A stretch of DNA of 63,447 nucleotides, filler included, from Octopus bimaculoides (Eukaryota): NCBI RefSeq assembly GCF_001194135.2. It is 6 parts of 6 records of this genome, joined end to end, with 100 filler letters (N's around TTAATTAATTAA, not from the genome) between each part and the next. Parts side by side here need not be neighbours in the genome. Positions count along the whole stretch, not along the records: positions 25,931 to 45,740 come from NC_068981.1; positions 45,841 to 54,425 come from NC_068987.1; 4 more parts are not named here. The stretch is one strand, 5' to 3'. The notes under the pieces are model-generated. The model ran no database searches. It worked only from the letters and a program-made list of their open reading frames with translations, and was not told the origin of the DNA. Of the stretch, positions 37,990 to 48,530 are shown in pieces. Position numbers and translations under genes: made by a program. How positions within the stretch are numbered: position 1 is the stretch's first letter; each line of letters begins with the position of its first letter.

Positions 37990-38520
37990 TATTCAGTTGT
38001 TATGGAATATTTGACAAAGCGCCGAATAGTTCAGTTTCAGTCGATAGAGGAGATGTTGCTTCTTTGTTCTGATGTTCGTTAATGATGAGAATGCTCGTTC
38101 GCATAAATATGATGTAGAAAACAGTTCTAATGCTTTTAAAACCTTTCCTGTAATCTCTGGTGGGGTCCTTTTGTATCGATACCCAGAAGCTGTCGATTGA
38201 TTGTTGGGCAAATTTTTGATTTTAATGAAATATCACAGAATACGTCAGTCAGTTGGTCTTGTGCATCAGTGAGTTTAGTACTATCGTGAGAATTCACAAA
38301 CAATGGCACAATACATTGAATCTCGTAGCTGAGTTAGATGCTCCCACATCAGTGTCAGTAATACTTCTGCATTTCAAAAGCATGGAAACATGCTAAAATC
38401 GCCCTTCTGAATGGTATTTTTGTTTCAAGACTTCAATTTTCTGGAGAAGTGATCTTAGTCCTGGTTCATAGAAATAATTAAATATCTTTCCATTGCCTCC
38501 AATGATTCGTTAAGGAGCCT
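37990..38520 (-). mobile_element. Charlie-like hAT transposase C-terminal fragment
   Basis: IQKGDFSMFPCF, QDQLTDVFCDISL, and PEITGKVLKALELFSTSYLCERAFSSLTNIRTKK (hAT dimerisation domain). Confidence 0.8.
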
Positions 38521-38957
38521 ACCTCTACGTCGTCAAGAAACAAGAAACTACACGGTGTACAATACATTTATTTTAGTATAAGTAGAAAATCACAACTTTC
38601 CTTGGGTATTCAGGACTTGACAGCTCGGCATAAATCTCGGAAAATCAATGTTCTGAATCGTTCCCGTTTTTGTGCATGTGCTAAGCATGTATACTTGTAG
38701 TTCTACGTTAGCCCTGATCGAGAAAAATATTCAGTCAAAATTGTTTTTTCACCGTTTAAAAGCTTTTGCTAATATTGCTACTCAGCCAAAGCTTTTATAG
38801 AGCTACACGTATTACATATATTTCCTTTGTATTTCGACACTGAACTTTTGCGCACGAACAAAGATATAAATTACACTGCTAAGTGTTTGTTTAGAATGAT
38901 TCTTCTACTGTTCGAAGCTCGGGTCCAACGCTCTAAAAAGTCTGCTAATTGATCGTC

Positions 38958-38994
38958 TCACACACACACACACACGCACGCACGCACACACACA

Positions 38995-39081
<87 letters not shown>
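38958..39081. repeat. (CA)n microsatellite
   Basis: Direct inspection. Confidence 0.95.
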
Positions 39082-39083
<2 letters not shown>

Positions 39084-39597
39084 TGCGGTTGAAAACTTCA
39101 TATTATATGTTCGTGTTTAAGATTTATACCTATGTGATTTGTAGTCCGCGTACAAGCATTTTGCTTGTATATATTCAAGTAGAACTATACTATATTTTTA
39201 AAGGTCTTTTGATCCCCATCATATGTAGTGGTATTGTCTTAAGGCGTCGAATCACGTTGATGTCCGGTAGGTAGCTGACGAAGGAAGCTCCTCGGTTGTG
39301 TTAAATATATTTGCGTTCTCTCGTTATTGTCTCTGATCGTTCTTACTGTCCTGTTGGACTGGATTAGTTTAGCTTAGGATATTACGGGAGGGTATGTTAT
39401 AGGGTTAGACATAATTTTCATTATAGGCATATAATGGTTTGTAAATAGTTATAGTTTAACGTGGTCGGAATATCTCTAAAAGGCAGATATAAAGCATATA
39501 TATATATACAGACATTCGTATATACCTACATGCTTACATTCATATACACACATAGATGGATGCATACATACATGTTTGGGTGCCGGTTTAGTTGATA

Positions 39598-40033
39598 AAT
39601 CTTTTGTTTCAGTCATTTGACTGTGGCCATGCTGGGGTACCGCCTTGAAGAGTTTTAGTCGAACAAATCGACTCCAGAACTTATATTTTTTAAAGTCTGG
39701 TACTTATTTTATCGTTGTCTTTGCCGAATCGCTAAGTTACGGGAACGTAAACACACCAACACGGGTTGTCAAGCGGTGGTGGGGGGAAAGCACAGACACA
39801 AAGATACACACTCATAGATATATACATATATGTATGTGTGTGTATATATATATATAGACATATATATATATATACGATGAGCTTCTTTCAGTTTCCGTCT
39901 ACCAAATGCATTCACAAGGCTTTGGTCGGCTTGAGGCTATAGTGAAAGACACTTGTCCAAGGTACCCAACAGTGGGACTGAACTCAGAACCACGTGGTTG
40001 GAAAGCAAACATTTTACCACACAGCCGCGCCTG
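39598..40033 (-). mobile_element. SINE family B, full length
   Basis: Head ggcgcggctgtgtggtaaaatg...ctgagttcagtccc, CORE-like ccttggacaagtgtctt, internal TA/CA tract, tail ending gactgaaacaaaag. Confidence 0.9.
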
Positions 40034-40228
40034 CTGAGGAATTAAAAATAAACCTACTATAGAAGAACATAGACACACATTTATACCCAGCTGGTTAGTA
40101 CGATGTATATTCTATTTTGTTTTTCTTTTCTTTTAAATATCTAACCACTAGAGAAGGGGCCGGTTTCCAACCCACAAAGTTTTTCATTGGAACTGGATTA
40201 ACATCATATTTGTAGTTATGTACGCATA

Positions 40229-41101
40229 CGTGGTTTGATCAATAAGTATCTGGACTGTTGTTATAGTAACGAAGCACGCAGAGTGAAGCCGCTTGGAACA
40301 GATTGACCTTGAATTCTGCTGTGTTTTTACGTTCTAGCTCACTTCTGCTGTTTACACCTGTGCTTGGAAGGAAGGTGTGTATCGTGCGATCGTCGCATTG
40401 GCCATGACAGAGAGAGAGCTGAGCAGAGAATCGGCATCAAATTTTGTCAAAAGCTTGGCGAGGCTTGCTCAGAAGCCTACGAAAAGTTTTCAAAAGGATT
40501 TCATCGCTCTCGACACAAGGAGATCTTGTGCAACTGAAACTCCAGTGTCTTTTTGGTCATCTGAAAGCAATTTTGCCATAAACTTGGCAGACATGTGTCT
40601 CATACACAAATCTTCAGTGATAATGAATTGAACTGAACCGTAACTAATCTGCACATTCTCTGATAACTCACGGATGGTGATTCAATGATTTCCTCTCACA
40701 GCTACACGCACATCTGCAATGTTTTTCTCAGTTCTGCTGGTTGCGGGTCTCCGAGAACGTTCATCCCTATCGTCATTTTTCGGCCATCTTGGAAACGTCT
40801 GAACTACTCGCATACTTGTGAGCGGCTCATACACTCTTCTCCGTGCACTTTCTATAACTTTGTGTCGGCCACTGAGCAGGTATCGCCATGACAACTTTCT
40901 CTGTCATGGTCAATGCGACGATCACATGCTACACACCTTCCTTCCAAGCGATGCTGTAAACAGCGGAAGTGAGCTGGAGCATTAAAACTTAGTGCGCACG
41001 CACAGAAGAGTTCAAAGTCAGTTTGTGCCAAGCAACTCCATTCTACGTGCTTTAGCTTCGTTACTATGGCAACAGTTCGGATACTTCTTGGTCAGACCTC
41101 G
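40229..41101. mobile_element. mariner fold-back element built from two convergent 5' ends
   Basis: TA-flanked; about 270 bp inverted arms, each with TIR, 5' UTR and MTE(K/R) transposase start; minus arm continues DDRDERSRRPATSRTEKNIADVR..ITIRELSE; junction near 40500. Confidence 0.9.
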
Positions 41102-41117
41102 TATATCTGTTTAAGTA

Positions 41118-41192
<75 letters not shown>

Positions 41193-41519
41193 GTACTTGT
41201 GTTTGTATGAATGTGTGCGTGGGAGGGGGCTTGTGTGTATGAGCGCATTAATGAAAATCTACTTGCTTGCTTATCTGTCCTTGATTGGAGTTTTAGAGAT
41301 TATTTTGACCAAATACACTGTGGCAAGTTTGTCATATATGCATACACACATCTACATTGAAATATGTACGTATGTATGTATGCATGTATGTATGGACGCA
41401 TTTATGTATGTATGTATGTATGTATGTATGTACATGCGTATGTAGGTATATTTGTATGCTTGTACGTATGTATGTATCTTTGCATGTTTATACGTATGCG
41501 TGTATGTATATTTCTATGT

Positions 41520-41800
41520 AAATCGAGTTCTGTCAGGGGCAACTGTCTCCAATTGGTGCAGCTAGTTCCCCAAACAAGGAAATCAATCGAACTCATGGAT
41601 GTTATCCAACCATCTTGCTCCTGGTCTACCTCTGATTCTCTTGCCAGTTGGTTGTTTGCGTGAAACCTGTCCAGCGATTCTTTCTTGAGACATTCTCTCC
41701 ACATGTCCGAAGTATCGGAGCTGTGATCTCGAAATTCGGAGAAGTAGTGGCTCAATTTGGAGCACCTCTCCGAGCTCCGAGCTACACACTCTACCGAGTA
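41520..41800 (-). mobile_element. RTE-clade LINE 3' fragment
   Basis: LQIEPLLLRISRSQLRYFGHVERMSQER...GKRIRGRPGARWLDNI. Confidence 0.85.
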
Positions 41801-41809
41801 ACGCTACTT

Positions 41810-42395
41810 TAGAGTTTGGAAAAATAAAAGTTAAAATCTTAAACTCTAAAATTACACCTGCTGAAATTATAACTTAAAACTTAAAATCTAAATCTACCTA
41901 TTATAAAGACTATGTACTGAATAGAGTATTTGCCAGCTATCTCAAATCAGTATTTTGTAGCTTCGACGTAAACAATCTAATTTCTGTAAAAGACACTTCA
42001 TCAGAACAAATTGACAGTTGCTGAAAGTCTATTTGGGAAAGAAATGATAAGTTCTATAATCAAGTTGTATGAATAGAAAAACTAGAAAAGGATAAGCCAA
42101 GCATATTCAACAAAACAATAAGAAAATTTAGCGAACAGTTATGTGAACAGTCCTAAAGAAAATGACAAACAGGAATCCTCAGGCCCAGGTCTTTATATCA
42201 GAATAGTGGTTCAATAGTTTCACCTTTCATTGGCGAGATTTGATAATGATGTATAAAAAGAGTATCAGGAGTAAGTTTGATGTGCCTAACTGACTGTCAG
42301 TTATCATTACCCGTCTCCTGGAAAGAAGCCAAATCACCAGAGCAAAAAATTACCGCCTAATTGCCTGCCAGACCATCAGGTATAAGATCTACAAC
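41810..42395 (+). mobile_element. R4/Dong-like RT N-terminal fragment, degenerate
   Basis: NRVFASYLKSVF, KSIWE, and KNYRLIACQTIRYKI (NYRPITC motif). Confidence 0.75.
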
Positions 42396-42975
42396 GTATG
42401 TATGTATGTATGTATGTATGTATGTTCGAATTACGATAAACGTAAACAAACAAACGAAGTTTGCTTTTAGAAGCGTTGAGATGTCTTAGAAAGTTAAAGA
42501 AGTGATTTTTAAATTCTCAAACCAGGATAATACTAATAATATAACCTGAACAAGATAAGCTACCCCTATTTTGCAGAAAAAAGTGTTGGCGGCCAGCTAT
42601 GTATGTATGTTTGTATGTATACATGCATACATTTACTTATGTATGTATGTATGTATGTATGTATGTATGTATGTATGTATGTATGTATGCATGCATGCAT
42701 ATATTTATATTAAAATTACGATAAACGTAAACAAACAAACGAGGTTTGCTTTCAGAACCGTTGAGATGTCTTAGAAAGTTAAAGAAGTGATTTTTAAATT
42801 CTCAAACGCAGGATAATGCTAATAATATAGCCTGAACAAGATAAGCTACCCCTATGTTGCAGAAAAAAGTGTTGGCGGCCAGCCATCTATGTATGTTTGT
42901 ATGTATGCATGCATGCATTTACTTATGTATGTATGTATGTATGTATGTGTGTATGTATGTATGTATGTATGTATG
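42396..42975. repeat. tandem duplication of about 285 bp, each unit bounded by (TATG)n
   Basis: aattacgataaacgtaaacaaacaaacga...gaaaaaagtgttggcggccagc occurs at about 42430 and 42714. Confidence 0.9.
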
Positions 42976-43098
42976 TTAAACTCTAAAATTACACCTGCTG
43001 AAATTGTAACTTAAAACCTAAAACCTAAATCTACCTATTATAAAAACTATGTACTGGTATTTGCCAGCTATCTCAAATCAGTTTTTTGTAGCTTCGAC
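42976..43098 (+). repeat. second copy of 41838-41969 (R4-like segment)
   Basis: ttaaactctaaaattacacctgctgaaatt...gtagcttcgacg repeated with few differences. Confidence 0.9.
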
Positions 43099-43104
43099 GC
43101 ATGT

Positions 43105-43620
43105 GCTGGTAGATAAGGTTTAAGGATTGCTTTAAAAATACTCCAATACAGACAAAAATTGCAGCTGGTGATTGGGAGAGGGAGGCACAAGACGGTGATG
43201 GATGGAGGAAGATAGTGCATGATGGTTGTTCAAGGTTTGGGAGGGAGAGAATGAAGTATGAGAGAATTAGGAGGGGCTTAGAAGGAGGGAACCTGTAGAA
43301 AGTGAGAGAGTGTTTCTTTTTTGTGTGTGCGTGGTTTGTGGGATAGGTGTTTGAGTCGTGCAGGCCTGGTGAGCCATCAAAAATCTCACAGGAATCGACC
43401 CATGATAAGCAGTAATGTGGCTATTAAAATTAACAACAGAACATGTGCAAAATGTAGAAGGGTGTCTGAAGGTCTGAAAAGACACGTTAAGAGAGTGCAT
43501 ATAGTGACACCTGTTTCTCCTGCCAGCCAGCACAGTTTTGCAGTATGTAATAAAATGTGTAAAAGTTTGGCTGGGCTTAAAAGTCATATAAAGGCATCAC
43601 ATGGCATCAATAATGAATAA
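43105..43620 (+). mobile_element. RTE/BovB-like LINE 3' end with three C2H2 zinc-finger-like motifs
   Basis: RFKDCFK...WEREAQD...WRKIVHDG then C..C..RCLSRAGLVSHQKSH, CAKCRR..GLKRHVKRVH and VCNKMCKSLAGLKSHIKASH*. Confidence 0.8.
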
Positions 43621-44329
43621 TTTCAGTAAATCATTTTGGCAATGGCTTTTTTCATGTTGAAAAGCATTCAAGCTGCGAACATCCATTTTACTATGAAATA
43701 TAGAGCATTTAGAATCACATTATTCAACAAGTTCTGTTTTTAATATGGTAGGATGTGATTTGAGGTAACATTTGGTTTCTTGAGCAAAACATTTCATCTG
43801 CGATCACTTCGACACATGACGTGTGGCACACCGCCGTGCATCTGTTCTAGCAACGTCGATTTGATGGAGCGGGTGAGCTAATCTACATCACATTCATTTA
43901 TTTGATCATTATAAACAAATCTCTTGTGCACGTTGTTCAGCAAGAAATTGCACAACCGTCTTTCTCGGACTACAAGAGACTACCATTATATTATTATATC
44001 CGGTCACTCTTAGAGTTACTGGTAACATTTAACCCTGTACAATTTGTCGTATGGTCGGGTCATCAGTAACTAAACCAGCAGCCCTACCAAGCCTATTTCG
44101 AAAGGAGGGCAGTTTTCGTGGAATACACTGCAGGACGAATGTCAAAATCTGTCACAAGACAGATGAATTTAGTAATCAACAGTCGTCCCAACGGTCGGAA
44201 ATGAGAGACCCATAGACTTTGTTTAGACATCTCTCTGGGAGAAGGAAATTCCGAAATAACACCCGCCTCATTGCAAAGGAGATTTTGTTTCTGAGTTACT
44301 TGACTTTGTACGGGAGAGTCTTGGTGGCG

Positions 44330-44795
44330 TTTTGTAAGGGATCTTTTCTGTTTGCCTTCATTTTTTGAAATTTTAATATTAAGTTCTTGCGCAAATTTGT
44401 TGGTACATAACTTAATGCACCTATGATGATAGGTACAAATGAGAATCCATAGCCTGGGTACAAGATCTGTTAGTTCCACATAAATTCACCATTGGACTTT
44501 TGGTTGTACATTCACAAATGCTGGGCTGCTGACCTCTACAACAGTGCATGACTTTTGTTCCCTGTCTCATAGAACAATATCAGGTCTGTTATGCTTGCAC
44601 TGAATTGATGTTTTTACTGAAGTGCTACACCAGTATTCCTTGTTTTTAAAGGTGTGAATACCTGTTGGTTCTGATATGCTTTTGATATATACATCAGGGC
44701 AGTCCTTCCTATGGTTAGCATTGTAAAATAATCTTTGCAACTATATTATGCCTCAGGGGCAGATAGTATCTCGTAGACATCTTGGGGCAGCTGCT
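44330..44795 (-). mobile_element. R4/Dong-like RLE domain fragment (same family as 2095-2990)
   Basis: SSCPKMSTRYYLPLRHN, NKEYW, CKHNRPDIVL.DREQK.CTVVEVSSPA and FVPIIIGAL. Confidence 0.85.
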
Positions 44796-44825
44796 GTTGA
44801 TGTATGTATGTATGTATAGAAATAA

Positions 44826-44980
44826 GATGATAATTTATTTTCGAATGCAGTGACGCCGTTAGAACAGCAGAAACATTGATAAATTACCCTTACAAAGCGG
44901 AAAAAATTGTCAACAGACAGCCATGGGTAATTTACTAATGCTTCTGCTGTTCTAGCTGCATTCGAAAATAAATTATCATC
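44826..44980. repeat. inverted repeat (arms about 56-64 bp, 35-nt loop), MITE-like
   Basis: gatgataatttattttcgaatgcag..tagaacagcagaaacattgataaattaccc / gggtaatttactaatgcttctgctgttctagctgcattcgaaaataaattatcatc. Confidence 0.85.
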
Positions 44981-46263
44981 ATATTTGTATCAATATACAC
45001 ATTTCAGCGCTTATAAAAAAACAAAAACAAATGTTAGTTTGTTTATATTTATAAGTATGTATGTATGTATGTATGTATGTATGTATGTATGTATGTATGT
45101 ATGTATGCATGTATGCATGTACGCATGTATCTGGAATTCACGGTCTTATTATTTCAATTTCCATTCCTATCTGGAATTCCCGATCTTATTACTTGAAAAA
45201 CTAATTATAAGTTGCAAGACAGTTTTAAAGTGCTCTGGTTGTTCAACAAGCGATCCTTTATATCATTCAAAGATCGTTCACAACGATTTTCTCAAAAACT
45301 AGTATCACACAACTGAAATAGACGAACCTCATTCTAAAAGAATCTACAGTTAGAAAATAAACGTCTTTATGGGGGAAGGAGAGGAAAGCGCGCACACACA
45401 CACACAAACGAACGCACTCACAAAAAGAAGAAACGAACTAAAACTATAGAAAAAGTTAGTATCCATATTAGTTGCTGTTCGTAGATTTTCCATGAATGTA
45501 ATAGTTAGAAGTGCTTTTATTAATAATGCTATTATAGAAAAAAGGCTTGGGTTTACCGCAGATTGGATCTCATTAATATGAACTTCATTATGAACTAAAA
45601 GGAGAAAAAAATTGGGATAAGTAAAATATTTAAAAGACAGGAATTTTGAAAAATTCAGTATTTTTTTTTTTTTAGATATTTTTGCTGAATAAATTTTTAT
45701 GGTTTCCTATTCTTTGTCCAAAATTCTAAATCATTAAAAANNNNNNNNNNNNNNNNNNNNNNNNNNNNNNNNNNNNNNNNNNNNTTAATTAATTAANNNN
45801 NNNNNNNNNNNNNNNNNNNNNNNNNNNNNNNNNNNNNNNNAATAGGGGAAGAGCCTGTTTGTAACCTAGATTCAAGGCTCGTTCATTGGAATTTCGGCAT
45901 CAACAACAGGGCAATTTTGTTTGTATGCATGTATGTATATATACAGATTTGTATGTTTCCTTGATGTCAGTATACATACATACATACATACATACATACA
46001 TTCGTACGTACGTACATACATGCATACATACATGCATACATACATACATACATATATACATACATACATACATTCATGTGGAGCGAGAATTCGCGTATTT
46101 GGCCTGGGAGATTATTTATTGAAAATACGATGAATACTATCTCCAACTTTGGAGCCACAACTATCAGCCTTGTTAAACAATTGGTAAATCTTCAAATCAA
46201 TTAACTGAGGGAGGTCCTTTTATTCACGTTCGTTGTGATTTTTGACTAACGCTTGAATTGAGC

Positions 46264-46333
46264 ATGCAACGTGTAACTACAATCAACATGGCAGGAGTCA
46301 GCCAAAGAACAAATGAAAACTACAGCTTTACAG
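46264..46333 (+). CDS. candidate start-codon exon of the gene at 52849
   Basis: MQRVTTINMAGVSQRTNENYSFT(G/V/D); second ATG at 46288 in aacATGg context; phase-1 donor CAG|gtaaat matches the phase-1 acceptors at 52620 and 52849. Confidence 0.3.
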
Positions 46334-46962
46334 GTAAATAAATTCTTTCTAGCCGTAGTTATAGAAGAAACCGTAATTATANNNNNNNNNNNNNNNNNNN
46401 NNNNNNNNNNNNNNNNNNNNNNNNNNNNNNNNNNNNNNNNNNNNNNNNNNNNNNNNNNNNNNNNNNNNNNNNNNNNNNNNNNNNNNNNNNNNNNNNNNNN
46501 NNNNNNNNNNNNNNNNNNNNNNNNNNNNNNNNNNNNNNNNNNNNNNNNNNNNNNNNNNNNNNNNNNNNNNNNNNNNNNNNNNNNNNNNNNNNNNNNNNNN
46601 NNNNNNNNNNNNNNNNNNNNNNNNNNNNNNNNNNNNNNNNNNNNNNNNNNNNNNNNNNNNNNNNNNNNNNNNNNNNNNNNNNNNNNNNNNNNNNNNNNNN
46701 NNNNNNNNNNNNNNNNNNNNNNNNNNNNNNNNNNNNNNNNNNNNNNNNNNNNNNNNNNNNNNNNNNNNNNNNNNNNNNNNNNNNNNNNNNNNNNNNNNNN
46801 NNNNNNNNNNNNNNNNNNNNNNNNNNNNNNNNNNNNNNNNNNNNNNNNNNNNNNNNNNNNNNNNNNNNNNNNNNNNNNNNNNNNNNNNNNNNNNNNNNNN
46901 NNNNNNNNNNNNNNNNNNNNNNNNNNNNNNNNNNNNNNNNNNNNNNNNNNNNNNNNNNNNNN

Positions 46963-47090
46963 CCGGAGTCTCGTGTAACTTTTAGGTGTTTTCGCTCAAT
47001 AAACGCACACAACGCCCGGTCTGAGTATCGAAACTGCGATTCTCCGACCGCGAGTCCGCTGCCCTAACCACTGGACAATTGCGCCTCCAC
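46963..47090 (-). mobile_element. SINE family C head (cut by gap)
   Basis: Matches 10200-10325. Confidence 0.85.
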
Positions 47091-48049
47091 ATGTACTCGT
47101 ATATGTGTATGTAAATTGTATCAATCCAAGTGCCTGTTTGTACCTATGTACGAGTATGTAAACGGGCATATGTTTGTGTGTATCTAAACTGTAGAACAAA
47201 CGATAGTCTAAATAAGTTTATTCTCAATTACATCGATTTTTTTATTTATTGCCTAAGATGGCAGTATATAAGTGCGAAGTATTTCTAATAGGTCACAAAT
47301 ATTTAAAATGTTTGAAGTTAATGAGAAGAAATTGTAAGATTTCTTTCATTATGAAAATGCTTTTACATTCTATAATATGTTAAAGTGAATTTTCAAATTT
47401 GTCATCTCATATAAGTTCGATGTAACTAACTGTTTCATTAAATATTATTTATCCGTGTATTTCATTATAAAAAGAAAAAAATATATATATTGCAAAGATA
47501 CTCGGAGGTTTCGGTCTTGTCTTATTTCAAAAGAAACTTTTTTCACTTGTTTTCACATTAATTTACTATATTGTAAGTTTAAAAACAAAGTTTATATCTA
47601 TATACAACGATGTTCTAGAGAATTTTAGTGAGTTGTTGATTAGTATTCTTACTAACTCATTCTAAATATATTTTAGATACTCTGACACACGGTCGAAATG
47701 TTCTCCTGTATACTTCCAATAATAATGAAATCAAAATATTTTAGATCTTATAGCATACTCTTATGACATTGTACATTTTAATTCCAAAGATATTGGTTCG
47801 AAGCTATTTACCAAATATGGTCTGCATGACAAATAATTTGTCGACATCTGCATTGATCCTTTGCATTCCTGAGAAAATACAGCTAGGATAGAAACAAAAA
47901 CGAAATACTACTTTAAAATTAAACTGTTAATTTCATAATAGTAGTTTTGGAAGCCGATGGATGATTGGTTGCAAAATGTTATTCCTCATTCTTAATTTTA
48001 CAAATTTAAGAATTTTTAATTGGAAATGTGTATCAACATTCAGAAAACA

Positions 48050-48530
48050 AACATGCATGAGAAACAAGTTAACCAACAACTGTTTGAGTAATACTTAGAT
48101 AGATATTCAACATTGTCAGCCACTAAGGGCCATGCTGAACTGGTTAAGGGCAAACAATTGACAAGCATATCTATGGTATTGAGCAAAATATTTGCTGTAG
48201 CCCATTTTTTTATACCAAGACAAAACAATGTAAATGATAACACTTCCAATCAGTTAAGATCAAAAGCCATGAGAGTTACTGCCTAGTATTGCATCTGGGC
48301 ACATAATAATAATAGACCACGAGATAGAGAATAGAAAGCCAGACATAGTCTTAATTGAGAAAGAAAACAAATTATGCTGAATCCTAGATATTGCATGGCC
48401 AGCTGACAAGAAGGTATGCGATAAGGAAGAAAGAAAAGTCGAGAGATATGACAGGTTAGCTGCCGAAGTTAAGCAGTTGTTGTCGATGAAAAAGGTAGCA
48501 GTAGTACCAATAATTGTCGGAGCCCTTTCA
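48050..48530 (+). mobile_element. RLE-type (R4/NeSL-like) non-LTR retrotransposon C-terminal fragment
   Basis: DHEIENRKPDIVLIEKENKLC*ILDIAWPAD...KVERYDRL...VPIIVGAL (PD-D-K motif). Confidence 0.8.

Noticed and set aside
39275-39300. ctgacgaaggaagctcctcg as a hammerhead core
   Set aside because: No GAAA or stem III follows
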